Origin: Planctomicrobium piriforme
GTDB taxonomy: Bacteria; Planctomycetota; Planctomycetia; Planctomycetales; Planctomycetaceae
Assembly (NCBI GenBank): GCA_040393865.1
Contig: JBEBTF010000001.1
Coordinates: forward strand, 7,729 to 71,728
Direction of reading: 5' to 3'
Length of the DNA stretch: 64,000 nucleotides
Within the stretch, counting starts at the first letter, position 1. Each line of letters starts with the position of its first letter. The notes beneath the pieces were generated by a model, which made no database searches, was not told the origin of the DNA, and saw only the letters and a program-made list of their open reading frames with translations. Below are positions 9,047-19,339 of this stretch, one piece after another. A program made the translations under genes and the position numbers.

Positions 9047-9991
9047 CTACGTCATCGGAATCCAGCGCCGAATCAGGATCGCTGGGCCGACAAGTGCCAG
9101 TGTTGCGATGGCGAAGTTAATGCCGTCGTCTCCTCTGTAGTAGTAAATGACCATGGCGTTAATGCTAATGAGCGACAGAAGCATTACGCCAACTGCTGCC
9201 TGAACCAGTCCTGGGGACGGGTTGAACATCGCGGCAACGGCGCGACGGTTGATCGTTGCTGCAATGACCGCCAGAAGAACAAAGATGGATTCCGGAGGGT
9301 TAACGAGTCCGGATGGAACAAGGATGCCCCAGTTCGGAAGCATGTTTGAAAACCACAGCCCCAGAAGGATGAGACCTGCATTCATCACCAGCAATCCGGG
9401 AAGTAATGCGGCCCCAGTCGTCTGTTTTGCTTCTTTTCTAGCAAAAAGTGTGACCCCGGTGATGTAAACACACATGGCGATTGCGTACCAGAGTTGCGGC
9501 CACCGGAAGAGGTCGGCGAACGATTCGGCGGCACAGCTTGCCCCCAGTAGAATGTTGAATAAGCGACACATTCCCATGGAAATTGGAGCGAGAAATGTCT
9601 TCTTCAAGATTCCATCGTAGAGAAAAATTGCGACGGCAGTGAAACAGGCAATGATCAAGCTGAATTGATTGACCATTGCTGCTGCGGCCAGTCCGATGAT
9701 CATCAGGATCGACCCGAAGAGGACGGCATTTCGAATGGAAACGGCACCGGATGGAATTGGTCTGTTGGGACGTTCTTGTCGGTCTATGTTCCGATCAAAG
9801 ATGTCGTTGAAAACCATTCCGGAAAGATAGAGACCGGCTGATGCCAGCAGGGTCAGAATGAATTCCTGGGGAGGCTCCCATGTCGATCGAACCAGTAAAT
9901 AACTTGCCGCAATATCTGCAAGTGCGGTGAAGATTGTCGGAATCCTGCACAGCCGTAAGTAAGGAATCAGGGATGTTGCCATTTGGTTCAC
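9047..9991 (-). CDS. UbiA family prenyltransferase (EboC-like)
   Basis: Asp-rich motif GMVFNDIFDRNIDRQERPNRPIPSG, YDGILKK, MGMCRLFNILLG; multiple TM helices. Confidence 0.88.
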   Translation of the reverse strand: MNQMATSLIPYLRLCRIPTIFTALADIAASYLLVRSTWEPPQEFILTLLASAGLYLSGMVFNDIFDRNIDRQERPNRPIPSGAVSIRNAVLFGSILMIIGLAAAAMVNQFSLIIACFTAVAIFLYDGILKKTFLAPISMGMCRLFNILLGASCAAESFADLFRWPQLWYAIAMCVYITGVTLFARKEAKQTTGAALLPGLLVMNAGLILLGLWFSNMLPNWGILVPSGLVNPPESIFVLLAVIAATINRRAVAAMFNPSPGLVQAAVGVMLLSLISINAMVIYYYRGDDGINFAIATLALVGPAILIRRWIPMT

Positions 9992-10538
9992 TTATGAGGA
10001 CCGGGTTGGTCGCTTACCGGGAAATGCGGATTCAACACGAAGGATCAGCACTGGTCGTTGTGTAGCTGAATTCTTTTGGAAACCGAATCTTGAAAGTTAG
10101 CAACGCAGAAGCAACTTTTGTTTCTGACTTTGCTGGGCGGGACAGAACAATCACCATGTTTTGTTCAACGTATTGAACTTGAGACAGTTCTTGTGAATTG
10201 TCTTTCCTGATCGCCTGCGTTGATTCTGCATCCACGAGGCGAAACATGAATCCAGGGAACGGATACATGGTAAGTCGGGACGTCTTTGTTTCCACTGATT
10301 GAAGAAAGAACAGTCGGAATTTCGGGAAGAGTACCGCCTGACAAGGAAGAGCACGCGGTCTAGGCCGGTTTGGTCTATTATGTGGCTGCGTTGCAGCCTT
10401 TCATTAGAGAAACGGCTCAATCACGGAGAGGCAGAGACCTCACATCGATTGAAGATTGACTCAAGATCGCTCTTTCTGGAATCGCTTCAGAGAAGTCGCG
10501 ATGTTTCTCTGTTTCATGTCAAAAGGATTTGACCAAAC

Positions 10539-10580
10539 GAAAAACGCCGGACTCAGTTAAGAGTCCGGCGTCGAAGTTTT
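10539..10580 (-). terminator. intrinsic terminator of the Cys-rich protein gene
   Basis: ACGCCGGACTC / GAGTCCGGCGT with an A5 run on the plus strand (T tract on minus). Confidence 0.7.
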
Positions 10581-10644
10581 CGATTCACGAAGCTGAGTAT
10601 CGGAGAACGTCAACTCAGCTTCAGTGTGATTCGATCATTTCAGA

Positions 10645-11142
10645 TTAGTTGCAAGCAGCTGGAGCACCGCAAGTTGGGGCACAAGCTGGAGCACAAGCTG
10701 GTGCACAGACGTCAGCTGTATCACAGCAGTGTGAGTGACGTGAGTGCAGTTTGTGCTTCAGGCCTTTGAACCAGCCAGCGAGACGGTGACGTGCTTTGCA
10801 GCAGCTAACTGGAGCACAGCAGTCGCTTGGAGCAGCGGCTGGAGCACAGCAGTTTGGAGCAACGGCTGGAGCACAGCAGTCTGGAGCAACAGCAGCTGGA
10901 GCAGCGGCTGGAGCACAGCAGTCTGGAGCAACAGCTGGAGCACAGCAGTCTGGAGCAACAGCAGCTGGAGCAGCAGCTGGAGCACAGCAGTCTGGAGCAA
11001 CAGCTGGAGCACAGCAGCTTGGAGCTGGTGCACAGCAGGTGGCAGCTGTCTTGTGGTGGTGCAGGCGGCTGAACAGACCAGCGTTTGCAACGTTAACAGT
11101 AGCAGCAATCAGAAGAGCAGCACAGAGTGTAGTCAATTTCAT
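10645..11142 (-). CDS. secreted Cys/Pro/Ala-rich tandem-repeat protein (CCAP repeats)
   Basis: GAGGAG SD before the ATG at 11142; signal peptide [21 protein letters not shown]; 8 CCAP units; very uniform codon use; own terminator. Confidence 0.85.
   Translation of the reverse strand: MKLTTLCAALLIAATVNVANAGLFSRLHHHKTAATCCAPAPSCCAPAVAPDCCAPAAAPAAVAPDCCAPAVAPDCCAPAAAPAAVAPDCCAPAVAPNCCAPAAAPSDCCAPVSCCKARHRLAGWFKGLKHKLHSRHSHCCDTADVCAPACAPACAPTCGAPAACN
10810..11037 (-). repeat. intragenic tandem repeats encoding (A)VAPDCCAP units, including a duplicated 69-nt block
   Basis: Recurring GGAGCACAGCAG(T/C) on the plus strand; [23 protein letters not shown] occurs twice. Confidence 0.9.
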
Positions 11143-12064
11143 CTTGAAATCTCCTCGACAATTTCCCGGGGGTTGAATATGTGAGCTTCGTTTGGCGTTT
11201 GCTTTCGCGGGGTAAAACGCTTTCGAAGCTCTCCAGTCACCACGAATGTTTGGGTCCACCTGCCCAATGAATTCGGCGTTCTGCGAATTCCAGTCGAGTC
11301 TCTGTCATTCATTTTGCCCTCGCTCGAACCATTCGGTTCTGCTTGTTCCGTCTGTAGCGATCGTATTAGCTGTAGCACCCCCAGAAATGTCGAAATTGGC
11401 TCAATCACACCGCCAAACGCAAGACGTATGGCTGAATTTGAATGCGATGATGCGTTTACAGCCGGCGATTTCGCGTGATTTGCACACGTTTTTGAGCCGA
11501 TTCTTGATCGTTTTTCTTGCACCGTACAGCGATTTGCGAGTGTCTCACAGTGGTGCTGAGAAATCTTTTTGCAGCTTGCCAAAGTTCACAGTCATGCTTG
11601 TTGATTGGCGACATCATTGTGATTGTTGATGTGTTGTTTGCCTCGTCCGAGTCTGTTCGCCGGATGGAAACGCGGCACTGTTCAAAGCGACGCGCGGCGC
11701 AGCTTCGGTCTGCCGGGGCCGGCTGGAAACAGGAGCGAATGAATGCCACCCAGAGTTCAAGCGAGCGGTCAGCACGGAGCGAAGTCGCCGGCGCCAGGAT
11801 AGCGGGGACGCCGGAGTGGAGAGTTTCCCGGAATGAGGGGAAGTTCCCACCGCAGCCGTGATGCCAGCCGTGATGCCGCGTAGTGGAAGCTGAGCGATGC
11901 TGGGGACTCAATGCAAAAAGCCCCAAGGATTGCTCCTCAGGGCGATTTGGTTCGATCTCTGCTACGTTGCCAACTGTTGTCTCCGCCTGATTCCGCGGCC
12001 GAAGACGCCACCGCATTTTAGAACTGCTCTAAAAATGCGGGGCAGGTGGGGACAGCTGTGGCAT

Positions 12065-13483
12065 TCAGCCAGCCTTGGCCTGGTCGAGTGACTGTTGCTG
12101 GTTGAGCTTGTTGTACAGCGTTTTCAATGCGATTCCGAGTTCGTCGGCCGTTTTGGGTTTATCGCCTTTGAACTTGTCCATTGTCTGATTGATCACTTCC
12201 ATCTCGATTTCCCGGAGAGTCATCGGGAAGGAGAAGTTGGAAATATCAAATGGGCGATTGTTAGACGCCTGACGGCGAGTCACGCTGGTTGGAAGATCCT
12301 CAGGCTGGATGGTATTTCCACCTGACAGGATCACAGCGTGTTCGATTGCGTTCGCAAGTTCACGGACATTCCCTGACCACTCATGGGCTCGCAGGGCCTC
12401 GATTGCTTCAGGAGAAAGGAAGTTTTCAGGGACGTCCTTTCGCTTGAGATGTCGGCTGGCCAGGAATCGAGCGATGGCTGGAATGTCGTCTTTTCGTTCC
12501 CGCAGCGGTGGCAGACGAATCTCGAATGTATTCACCCGGAAGAATAAATCTTCGCGGAATCCACCTTCGGCAACCATGTCTTCCAGATTGCGGTTGGTCG
12601 CACAGACGACCCGAACATCGACGGTGAATGCGTCGTTTTCACCGACTCGACGGACCTCCCCGGATTCGAGGAACCGGAGCAGTTTTACCTGCATGGTTTT
12701 GTCGAGTTCGCCCAACTCGTCGAGGAACAACGTCCCTCCGTTGGCGACTTCGATAAGGCCTTTTCGTGGGGTGTCTGCCCCTGTGAAGGCGCCTTTTTTG
12801 TGGCCGAAGAGTTCGCTTTCCACGAGATTGTCAGGAAGTGCTCCGCAGTTCACTGCAACAAACGGCATTTTGGCGCGGTTGCTGTGCTCGTGAATGCTTC
12901 TGGCGACGACCTCTTTTCCGGTTCCGGTTTCGCCCAGAATCAGGACGCTGGAATCGGTTGGAGCGATACGTTCAACGAGTTTCTTTACACGGGCCATTGC
13001 CGGACTTTCGCCGACGAGATCCGTTTTCCCGCGAACAGTCTGCAACTCGCTTTCAAGAGCGGCAGCACGATTCACCAGGGTTCGCTTTTCAGCAACTCGT
13101 TTCAGGACACTGTCAATCTCGACGATCTTGTACGGTTTGCGAAGGAAGTCATACGCCCCCATGCGAATCGCACGAATAGCGTCATCGAATCCCCCGTGAC
13201 CGGTACTGATGATGATGTCGGTATCGACGCCTGATTTTTTCAGGTGTTCGATTACGGCCCAACCATCAACTTCCGGCATCCGCAAGTCGACAATGGCCGC
13301 GTCAAATGCGTTGTTTGACAACGCTTCCAATGCTGCCTTACCTCCGTCGACGATCGTGACATCATGTCCGATCCGCTGAAGCTCTTTTCCCATAACCATG
13401 CGAATGGGAGCTTCATCATCGACGAAAAGCAGCCGTAAACGACGAGCGCCCATGACGCCCGCGTCGTCCATCCTTGACGACAT
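12065..13483 (-). CDS. NtrC-family sigma54 response regulator (REC-AAA+-HTH)
   Basis: LLFVDDE, IVDLRMP, GETGTGKE, GAFTGA, LFLDELGE, WSGNVRELAN, Fis-type HTH. The ATG at 13483 is preferred over the longer ORF-track start. Confidence 0.95.
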   Translation of the reverse strand: MSSRMDDAGVMGARRLRLLFVDDEAPIRMVMGKELQRIGHDVTIVDGGKAALEALSNNAFDAAIVDLRMPEVDGWAVIEHLKKSGVDTDIIISTGHGGFDDAIRAIRMGAYDFLRKPYKIVEIDSVLKRVAEKRTLVNRAAALESELQTVRGKTDLVGESPAMARVKKLVERIAPTDSSVLILGETGTGKEVVARSIHEHSNRAKMPFVAVNCGALPDNLVESELFGHKKGAFTGADTPRKGLIEVANGGTLFLDELGELDKTMQVKLLRFLESGEVRRVGENDAFTVDVRVVCATNRNLEDMVAEGGFREDLFFRVNTFEIRLPPLRERKDDIPAIARFLASRHLKRKDVPENFLSPEAIEALRAHEWSGNVRELANAIEHAVILSGGNTIQPEDLPTSVTRRQASNNRPFDISNFSFPMTLREIEMEVINQTMDKFKGDKPKTADELGIALKTLYNKLNQQQSLDQAKAG

Positions 13484-13700
13484 ATTTACGATCCTATGGT
13501 TGAGAGACGATCCCGAATGGGGCGCCTGGATCTGGGTGGGTGGTGATTGCGTGAGGAGAGATACCAGAAAGCAAAAAGTGTGTAAATTCGAGTCTTCGCA
13601 AATGAGCAATTTTCTTCTCTAAAACATTATTTTACAGTTTCTTACGTCATCTCCTCTTGTGTTAAAACCGGTTGTTTGATCTTCGTCTGGACCCCCCTCA

Positions 13701-14435
13701 ATGTCGCTCCCGATTCGGCTGTTAGTCAGTGTCAGAAATACAGTTGAGGCAGAAATTGCCGCTTCAAACGGGGGAGACGTGGTTGATTTTAAGGAGCCAA
13801 ATCGGGGTTCTCTGGGGATGGTTCAGCCGGAAATTCTCGACGAGGCAATTCCCCTGATTTTGCAAAATCAGGCAAGACCGATCATCAGTGTTGCCTGTGG
13901 AGAGGTTGTGGACTGGTCTGTTCCGGGCCATTTTCAGCTTTCTGGACCCGACTATCTCAAAATTGGGCTCAGCGGCTTGCGCGGCGTTGAAAACTGGATA
14001 GACAGGTGGCTTTCTTGCCGCGAATGGCTTTCGCGATGGATAACGAAGGCTGATGGGCAGGCAGCAGGTTGGGTCGCGGTGGTCTATGCAGATGAGGAGC
14101 TTGCCCAGGCCCCGCCAGCAGAAGCAATTGTTGCGGCGGCTGGGAAAACCGGATGTGCAGGCGTTTTGGTTGATACCGCTACCAAGCAGGGGGGCGGGGT
14201 GTTTGATTATCTGACTCAGGAGAAGATTGAGTACTACCGGGACTTAACGCGTCGGCAAGGGATGTTTTTCGCATTGGCTGGAAAGCTGTCGCTCAACGAC
14301 ATCCCTCGACTTCGACAGGTGCGCAGCGATTTCGTGGCGATCCGATCCGCAGCGTGCCGTGACGGGAATCGGCGCGGTGAGATCTGCGGCCGGACACTCG
14401 CTGGTTTTCGCGAGCAGCTTTTTTCTGGAGAGTAA
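13701..14435 (+). CDS. mfnB: (5-formylfuran-3-yl)methyl phosphate synthase-like protein (MfnB/DUF556), methanofuran pathway
   Basis: LLVSVRNTVEA, DVVDFKEPNRGSLG, YLKIGL, VAVVYAD, LVDTATK, ALAGKL, AIRSAAC. Confidence 0.8.
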   Translation: MSLPIRLLVSVRNTVEAEIAASNGGDVVDFKEPNRGSLGMVQPEILDEAIPLILQNQARPIISVACGEVVDWSVPGHFQLSGPDYLKIGLSGLRGVENWIDRWLSCREWLSRWITKADGQAAGWVAVVYADEELAQAPPAEAIVAAAGKTGCAGVLVDTATKQGGGVFDYLTQEKIEYYRDLTRRQGMFFALAGKLSLNDIPRLRQVRSDFVAIRSAACRDGNRRGEICGRTLAGFREQLFSGE

Positions 14436-14485
14436 AGAGTCGACCGACCGTATCGATTCAAGCCGTCAGCAAGTTGCTGTCCCGG

Positions 14486-14533
14486 AAAAATAAAAGAGGC
14501 CTTGAGCGTTTCCACTCAAGGCCTCTTCTTTTA
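14486..14533. terminator. bidirectional terminator between mfnB and groEL
   Basis: AAGAGGCCTTGAG / CTCAAGGCCTCTT with A and T flanks. Confidence 0.8.
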
Positions 14534-14575
14534 ATAACGCATAGCTTCAGTCAAAGCTGGCGTGCGACATCATTC

Positions 14576-16195
<1,620 letters not shown>

Positions 16196-16326
16196 TAGAG
16201 AACTCCTGATGCAGTTATCAGATTGTGTTTGATGGAATTTCGTGTTGAGTCGCGATGCCCTGGGGGTCATCTGAACGAACTGGGGACCAATTCATTCAGG
16301 CCGGTGGCAATCCATTCTCTGAAGCA

Positions 16327-16635
16327 TTAGTAGGTGCAGAGAATGTCGCGTTCGCTGAGGAGCAAATACTCTTCGTCGCCGACTTTAATCTCGTCGCCAG
16401 CGTAGGAAACGAAGATCACGCGATCTCCTTCCTTCACAGTGAGAGGGATCTTGCTGCCATCCTGTTTGGTGTGACCGTCTCCGATTGCGATCACTTCACC
16501 ACGTTGCGGCCGGTCTTTGGCTGAGTCCGGCAGGACGATTCCGCCAGCAGTTGTGGATTCCGCAGCTTGACGCTTCAAGACAACCTTGTCCCCGAGCGGA
16601 ACAATCTTCGAACCGCCTTTGGCCTTTTTCGCCAT
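16327..16635 (-). CDS. groS: co-chaperonin GroES
   Basis: PLGDKVV, TAGGIVLPDSAKDRPQRGEV; directly upstream of groEL. Confidence 0.98.
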   Translation of the reverse strand: MAKKAKGGSKIVPLGDKVVLKRQAAESTTAGGIVLPDSAKDRPQRGEVIAIGDGHTKQDGSKIPLTVKEGDRVIFVSYAGDEIKVGDEEYLLLSERDILCTY

Positions 16636-16769
16636 GAATGACTACTCCTCAACCCCAATTATTTTTTGACTGCTCCGCCCGATCTTCGTGTCACGCGATA
16701 TTCATGCCATCGGGTCTGCTTGGTCGCAGAGGTGACGTTGGACGGAGAACGAATGCGAAGACCTACTCT

Positions 16770-16785
16770 AACAAACGCCGTGCCA
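16770..16785 (-). promoter_or_regulatory. near-consensus sigma54 promoter of groES-groEL
   Basis: Minus strand TGGCACGGCGTTTGTT: perfect -24 TGGCACG and correct spacing, but TTGT instead of TTGC at -12. Confidence 0.55.
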
Positions 16786-17041
16786 GATTTCTCCTGTGTC
16801 CTAAGTGGCAATTGCCATTTGTTTTGTGAAGATGGGAAGTCTTAACGATAAGGACTTTTTGGCCGATCGCAGGTCTTTCTGTCAATCTGGCCGGTCAAAC
16901 TGGCAGATGAGAGTGTGGACGGACGCCACTGCCAGAAGGCACAGCATTCACTCGTTTGTTGCTGTTTTTGATACCCTGCCTGCTGGCCGATTGCGAGTTT
17001 GTCTGCCGGATGATTGGGGAGGCAGGGACCTGCACGGGGAC

Positions 17042-17830
17042 TTACAGCGTGAGCGTCGTTTGGTCAGTGCCGAGTGTCGTGTTGGGAAAGATTGCCTGCA
17101 TTGCAGGAATGTCGACGGGATCAATCTCACGGGATGTCGCGTCGACATGTACCACCAGGAGTCTGCCAATGTTGGCAGACTTGGCAAATTCGGCGACCTG
17201 GCTCGCGTAGCTGTGGCCGGTCATGGCGGCGATATCAGCCTGCGAGTCCGGGAAGTTGCATTCGTGGATCAGCAGGTCAGAGTTGTTCGCAAAATCGGCA
17301 TACGAACCGTCGACTCGCGTGTCTGTGATGTAGGCAAGTGACTTCCGGTGTCCGCCTTTAGCCTGTGAGCTTTGTCTTTGAGGAGCGGTGTTGTCGACAT
17401 CGAGTCTGAAAGCAATTGATCCGCCGGGATGGCTATGGAGTGGTTGCCAGTGCAATGTGCAATCTGTTGCGACTGTCATTTCGCCCGACTGGTTGAGCGT
17501 TTTGTATTCAAAAGGGATTTCAGTCGGAAAAACCGGTGAAGCGAAGAGGTGGTGTCGAACCGAATTCAGAGTGGGTTCGTATCCATGAATAGTGATCTTT
17601 TTGACCTGATTTCGCAGTAGCGGAATCAGGAGGTATGGCAGCCCCACGATGTGATCGAGATGGGCGTGCGTCAAAAAGATGTTGAGCTCTGGGGTCGCGA
17701 TGTGGTCGGCGATGCGATAAAGACCAGACCCGCCGTCGAAGATCAGCCCAATCTCGGGAAGCATGATGCAGGCGGTCTGCCGGCGATCATTGGCGAAGTA
17801 GCCTCCGGTTCCCAGTAGCTCGACACGCAT
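17042..17830 (-). CDS. MBL-fold metallo-hydrolase (RNase Z/BN-like)
   Basis: LLGTGG, THAHLDH, HPGGS, YITDT, HECNF, GHS. Confidence 0.88.
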   Translation of the reverse strand: MRVELLGTGGYFANDRRQTACIMLPEIGLIFDGGSGLYRIADHIATPELNIFLTHAHLDHIVGLPYLLIPLLRNQVKKITIHGYEPTLNSVRHHLFASPVFPTEIPFEYKTLNQSGEMTVATDCTLHWQPLHSHPGGSIAFRLDVDNTAPQRQSSQAKGGHRKSLAYITDTRVDGSYADFANNSDLLIHECNFPDSQADIAAMTGHSYASQVAEFAKSANIGRLLVVHVDATSREIDPVDIPAMQAIFPNTTLGTDQTTLTL

Positions 17831-17868
17831 GGCGGCTCCGTCTGGTGTTCATGCCATGCCACGGACGC

Positions 17869-18705
17869 CTATGAATTCACCTTTGCGTCGTGAGCCAGAA
17901 TGCCTTTCACGAGGGTTCGCAGTTTTGGCTCGGCGTGATTGGCGATCTCGATGATTTCACTGACGACTGCAGGCTTCAGGGAGTCGGCAAGGCACAGATC
18001 CGTGACAATGGAAAGTCCGACGGTCCGTAAGCCAGCGTGAACAGCGACGATAACTTCCGGAATCGTGGACATTCCCACGATATCAGCGCCGATCTGTCGC
18101 AGGAATCGGTATTCTGCGCGAGTTTCCAGATTTGGCCCGGCGACGGCGACCATGACGCCGCGGTGGGCGACAAAATTCTCGCGGCGCGCGATTTCGAGGG
18201 CAACATTGCCGAGATCCCGGTCATATGGGGCGCACATGTCCGGGAAACGAGGGCCGAGATTGTCGTCGTTGATGCCAATAAGCGGGTTGTCGCCCATCAG
18301 GTTGATGTGATCGTCGATGACGACGATGTCTCCACACGCATAGTTTGGGTTCATTCCACCCGATGCGTTGGAGACAATCATTAACTTGGCTCCCAGTGCC
18401 TTAAAGACACGCACCGGAAGTGTAATGTCCTTGAGGGAGTACCCCTCGTACATGTGAAACCGGCCTTCCATTGCCACAACAGGAACACCATCCAGGGTTC
18501 CGCAAACAAGGCGTCCCCGATGGCTGGTGGCTGTTGATTTCAGGAAGTTCGGAATCGATTCGTAATCGAATTCGGCTTCGATCTTGATTTCGCTGGTGAA
18601 TCCGCCAAGGCCAGTGCCCAGAATAATTCCGGCGTGTGGGATTTTGTCCCATTTTGCACGGATGGCCTGGACTGCCTGAGAGATTTTTTCTGCAAGATCG
18701 AGCAT
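17869..18705 (-). CDS. punA: purine-nucleoside phosphorylase (trimeric type)
   Basis: GIILGTGLG, GRFHMYEG, SNASGG, DHINL, GPRFPDM, GPNLETRAE, VGMSTIPE. Confidence 0.95.
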   Translation of the reverse strand: MLDLAEKISQAVQAIRAKWDKIPHAGIILGTGLGGFTSEIKIEAEFDYESIPNFLKSTATSHRGRLVCGTLDGVPVVAMEGRFHMYEGYSLKDITLPVRVFKALGAKLMIVSNASGGMNPNYACGDIVVIDDHINLMGDNPLIGINDDNLGPRFPDMCAPYDRDLGNVALEIARRENFVAHRGVMVAVAGPNLETRAEYRFLRQIGADIVGMSTIPEVIVAVHAGLRTVGLSIVTDLCLADSLKPAVVSEIIEIANHAEPKLRTLVKGILAHDAKVNS

Positions 18706-19339
18706 TGGAATCTCAAATTACGAGTTGAAAACAGGGAGCCGCAGCGAGTTACGCAGCTGGCTTGGCGCATCGCTTACAGCGAACCCGTTTCCCTTTTTTC
18801 CCGATCATTCCGTTGCACTTTGTGCAGCGTTTGGTTCGTCGGGCAATCTTCGCCTTGGTACGTGGACGGTAAACCATTGTTCTAACTCCTGACCCTCTCG
18901 TGAGTTACTGGTAACCCACCGGGGCGATCATGATTTTGGAGTCGAACAAGTTATCCGGTCTACGGTTACGATTCAACTCCAGAGCCCCAATTCTACTTTG
19001 AATGACTGTTTTACTCTTTTATTCAAACCGTCTTTGCAGGCGGCTTCGAGTTTTGCGATAGTTCTTGTACAGAATGACTTAAGTTTCCTGAGAATTGTTT
19101 TGAATGGTTCAATCCAGGCCTGCATCCCGTACGAGGGACGCGGCATTTTCTGACGTGATGCATTGGTCACGGTTGAAGTGTTTTTGGGTTAACTGTCATT
19201 CTGCAGGGGCTTGATTACTGGAAGCTGGGGGAGCTGCCTGTTCTGGCAGGTTCGGCGTGATTGAGATGCTGGTTTGGGCGTGAGCGTGCTGTGCACTGTC
19301 GAATTTGTGTCGGATAACTTCGTTGCGGAGTAGCTGGGG

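Noticed and set aside
10032-10420. ORFs of 87 and 89 aa between the Cys-rich gene and the prenyltransferase
   Set aside because: No SD, motif or recognisable family; cannot be supported, although a small gene is not excluded
10744-11184. Repetitive alternative-frame ORFs ([25 protein letters not shown]) and a CRISPR-like look
   Set aside because: These are shadows of the CCAP coding repeat; there are no unique spacers and no cas genes
11456-12016. Overlapping ORFs of 186, 114 and 78 aa
   Set aside because: No SD or protein-like features; also checked by eye for RNase P, tmRNA and SRP signatures and found none
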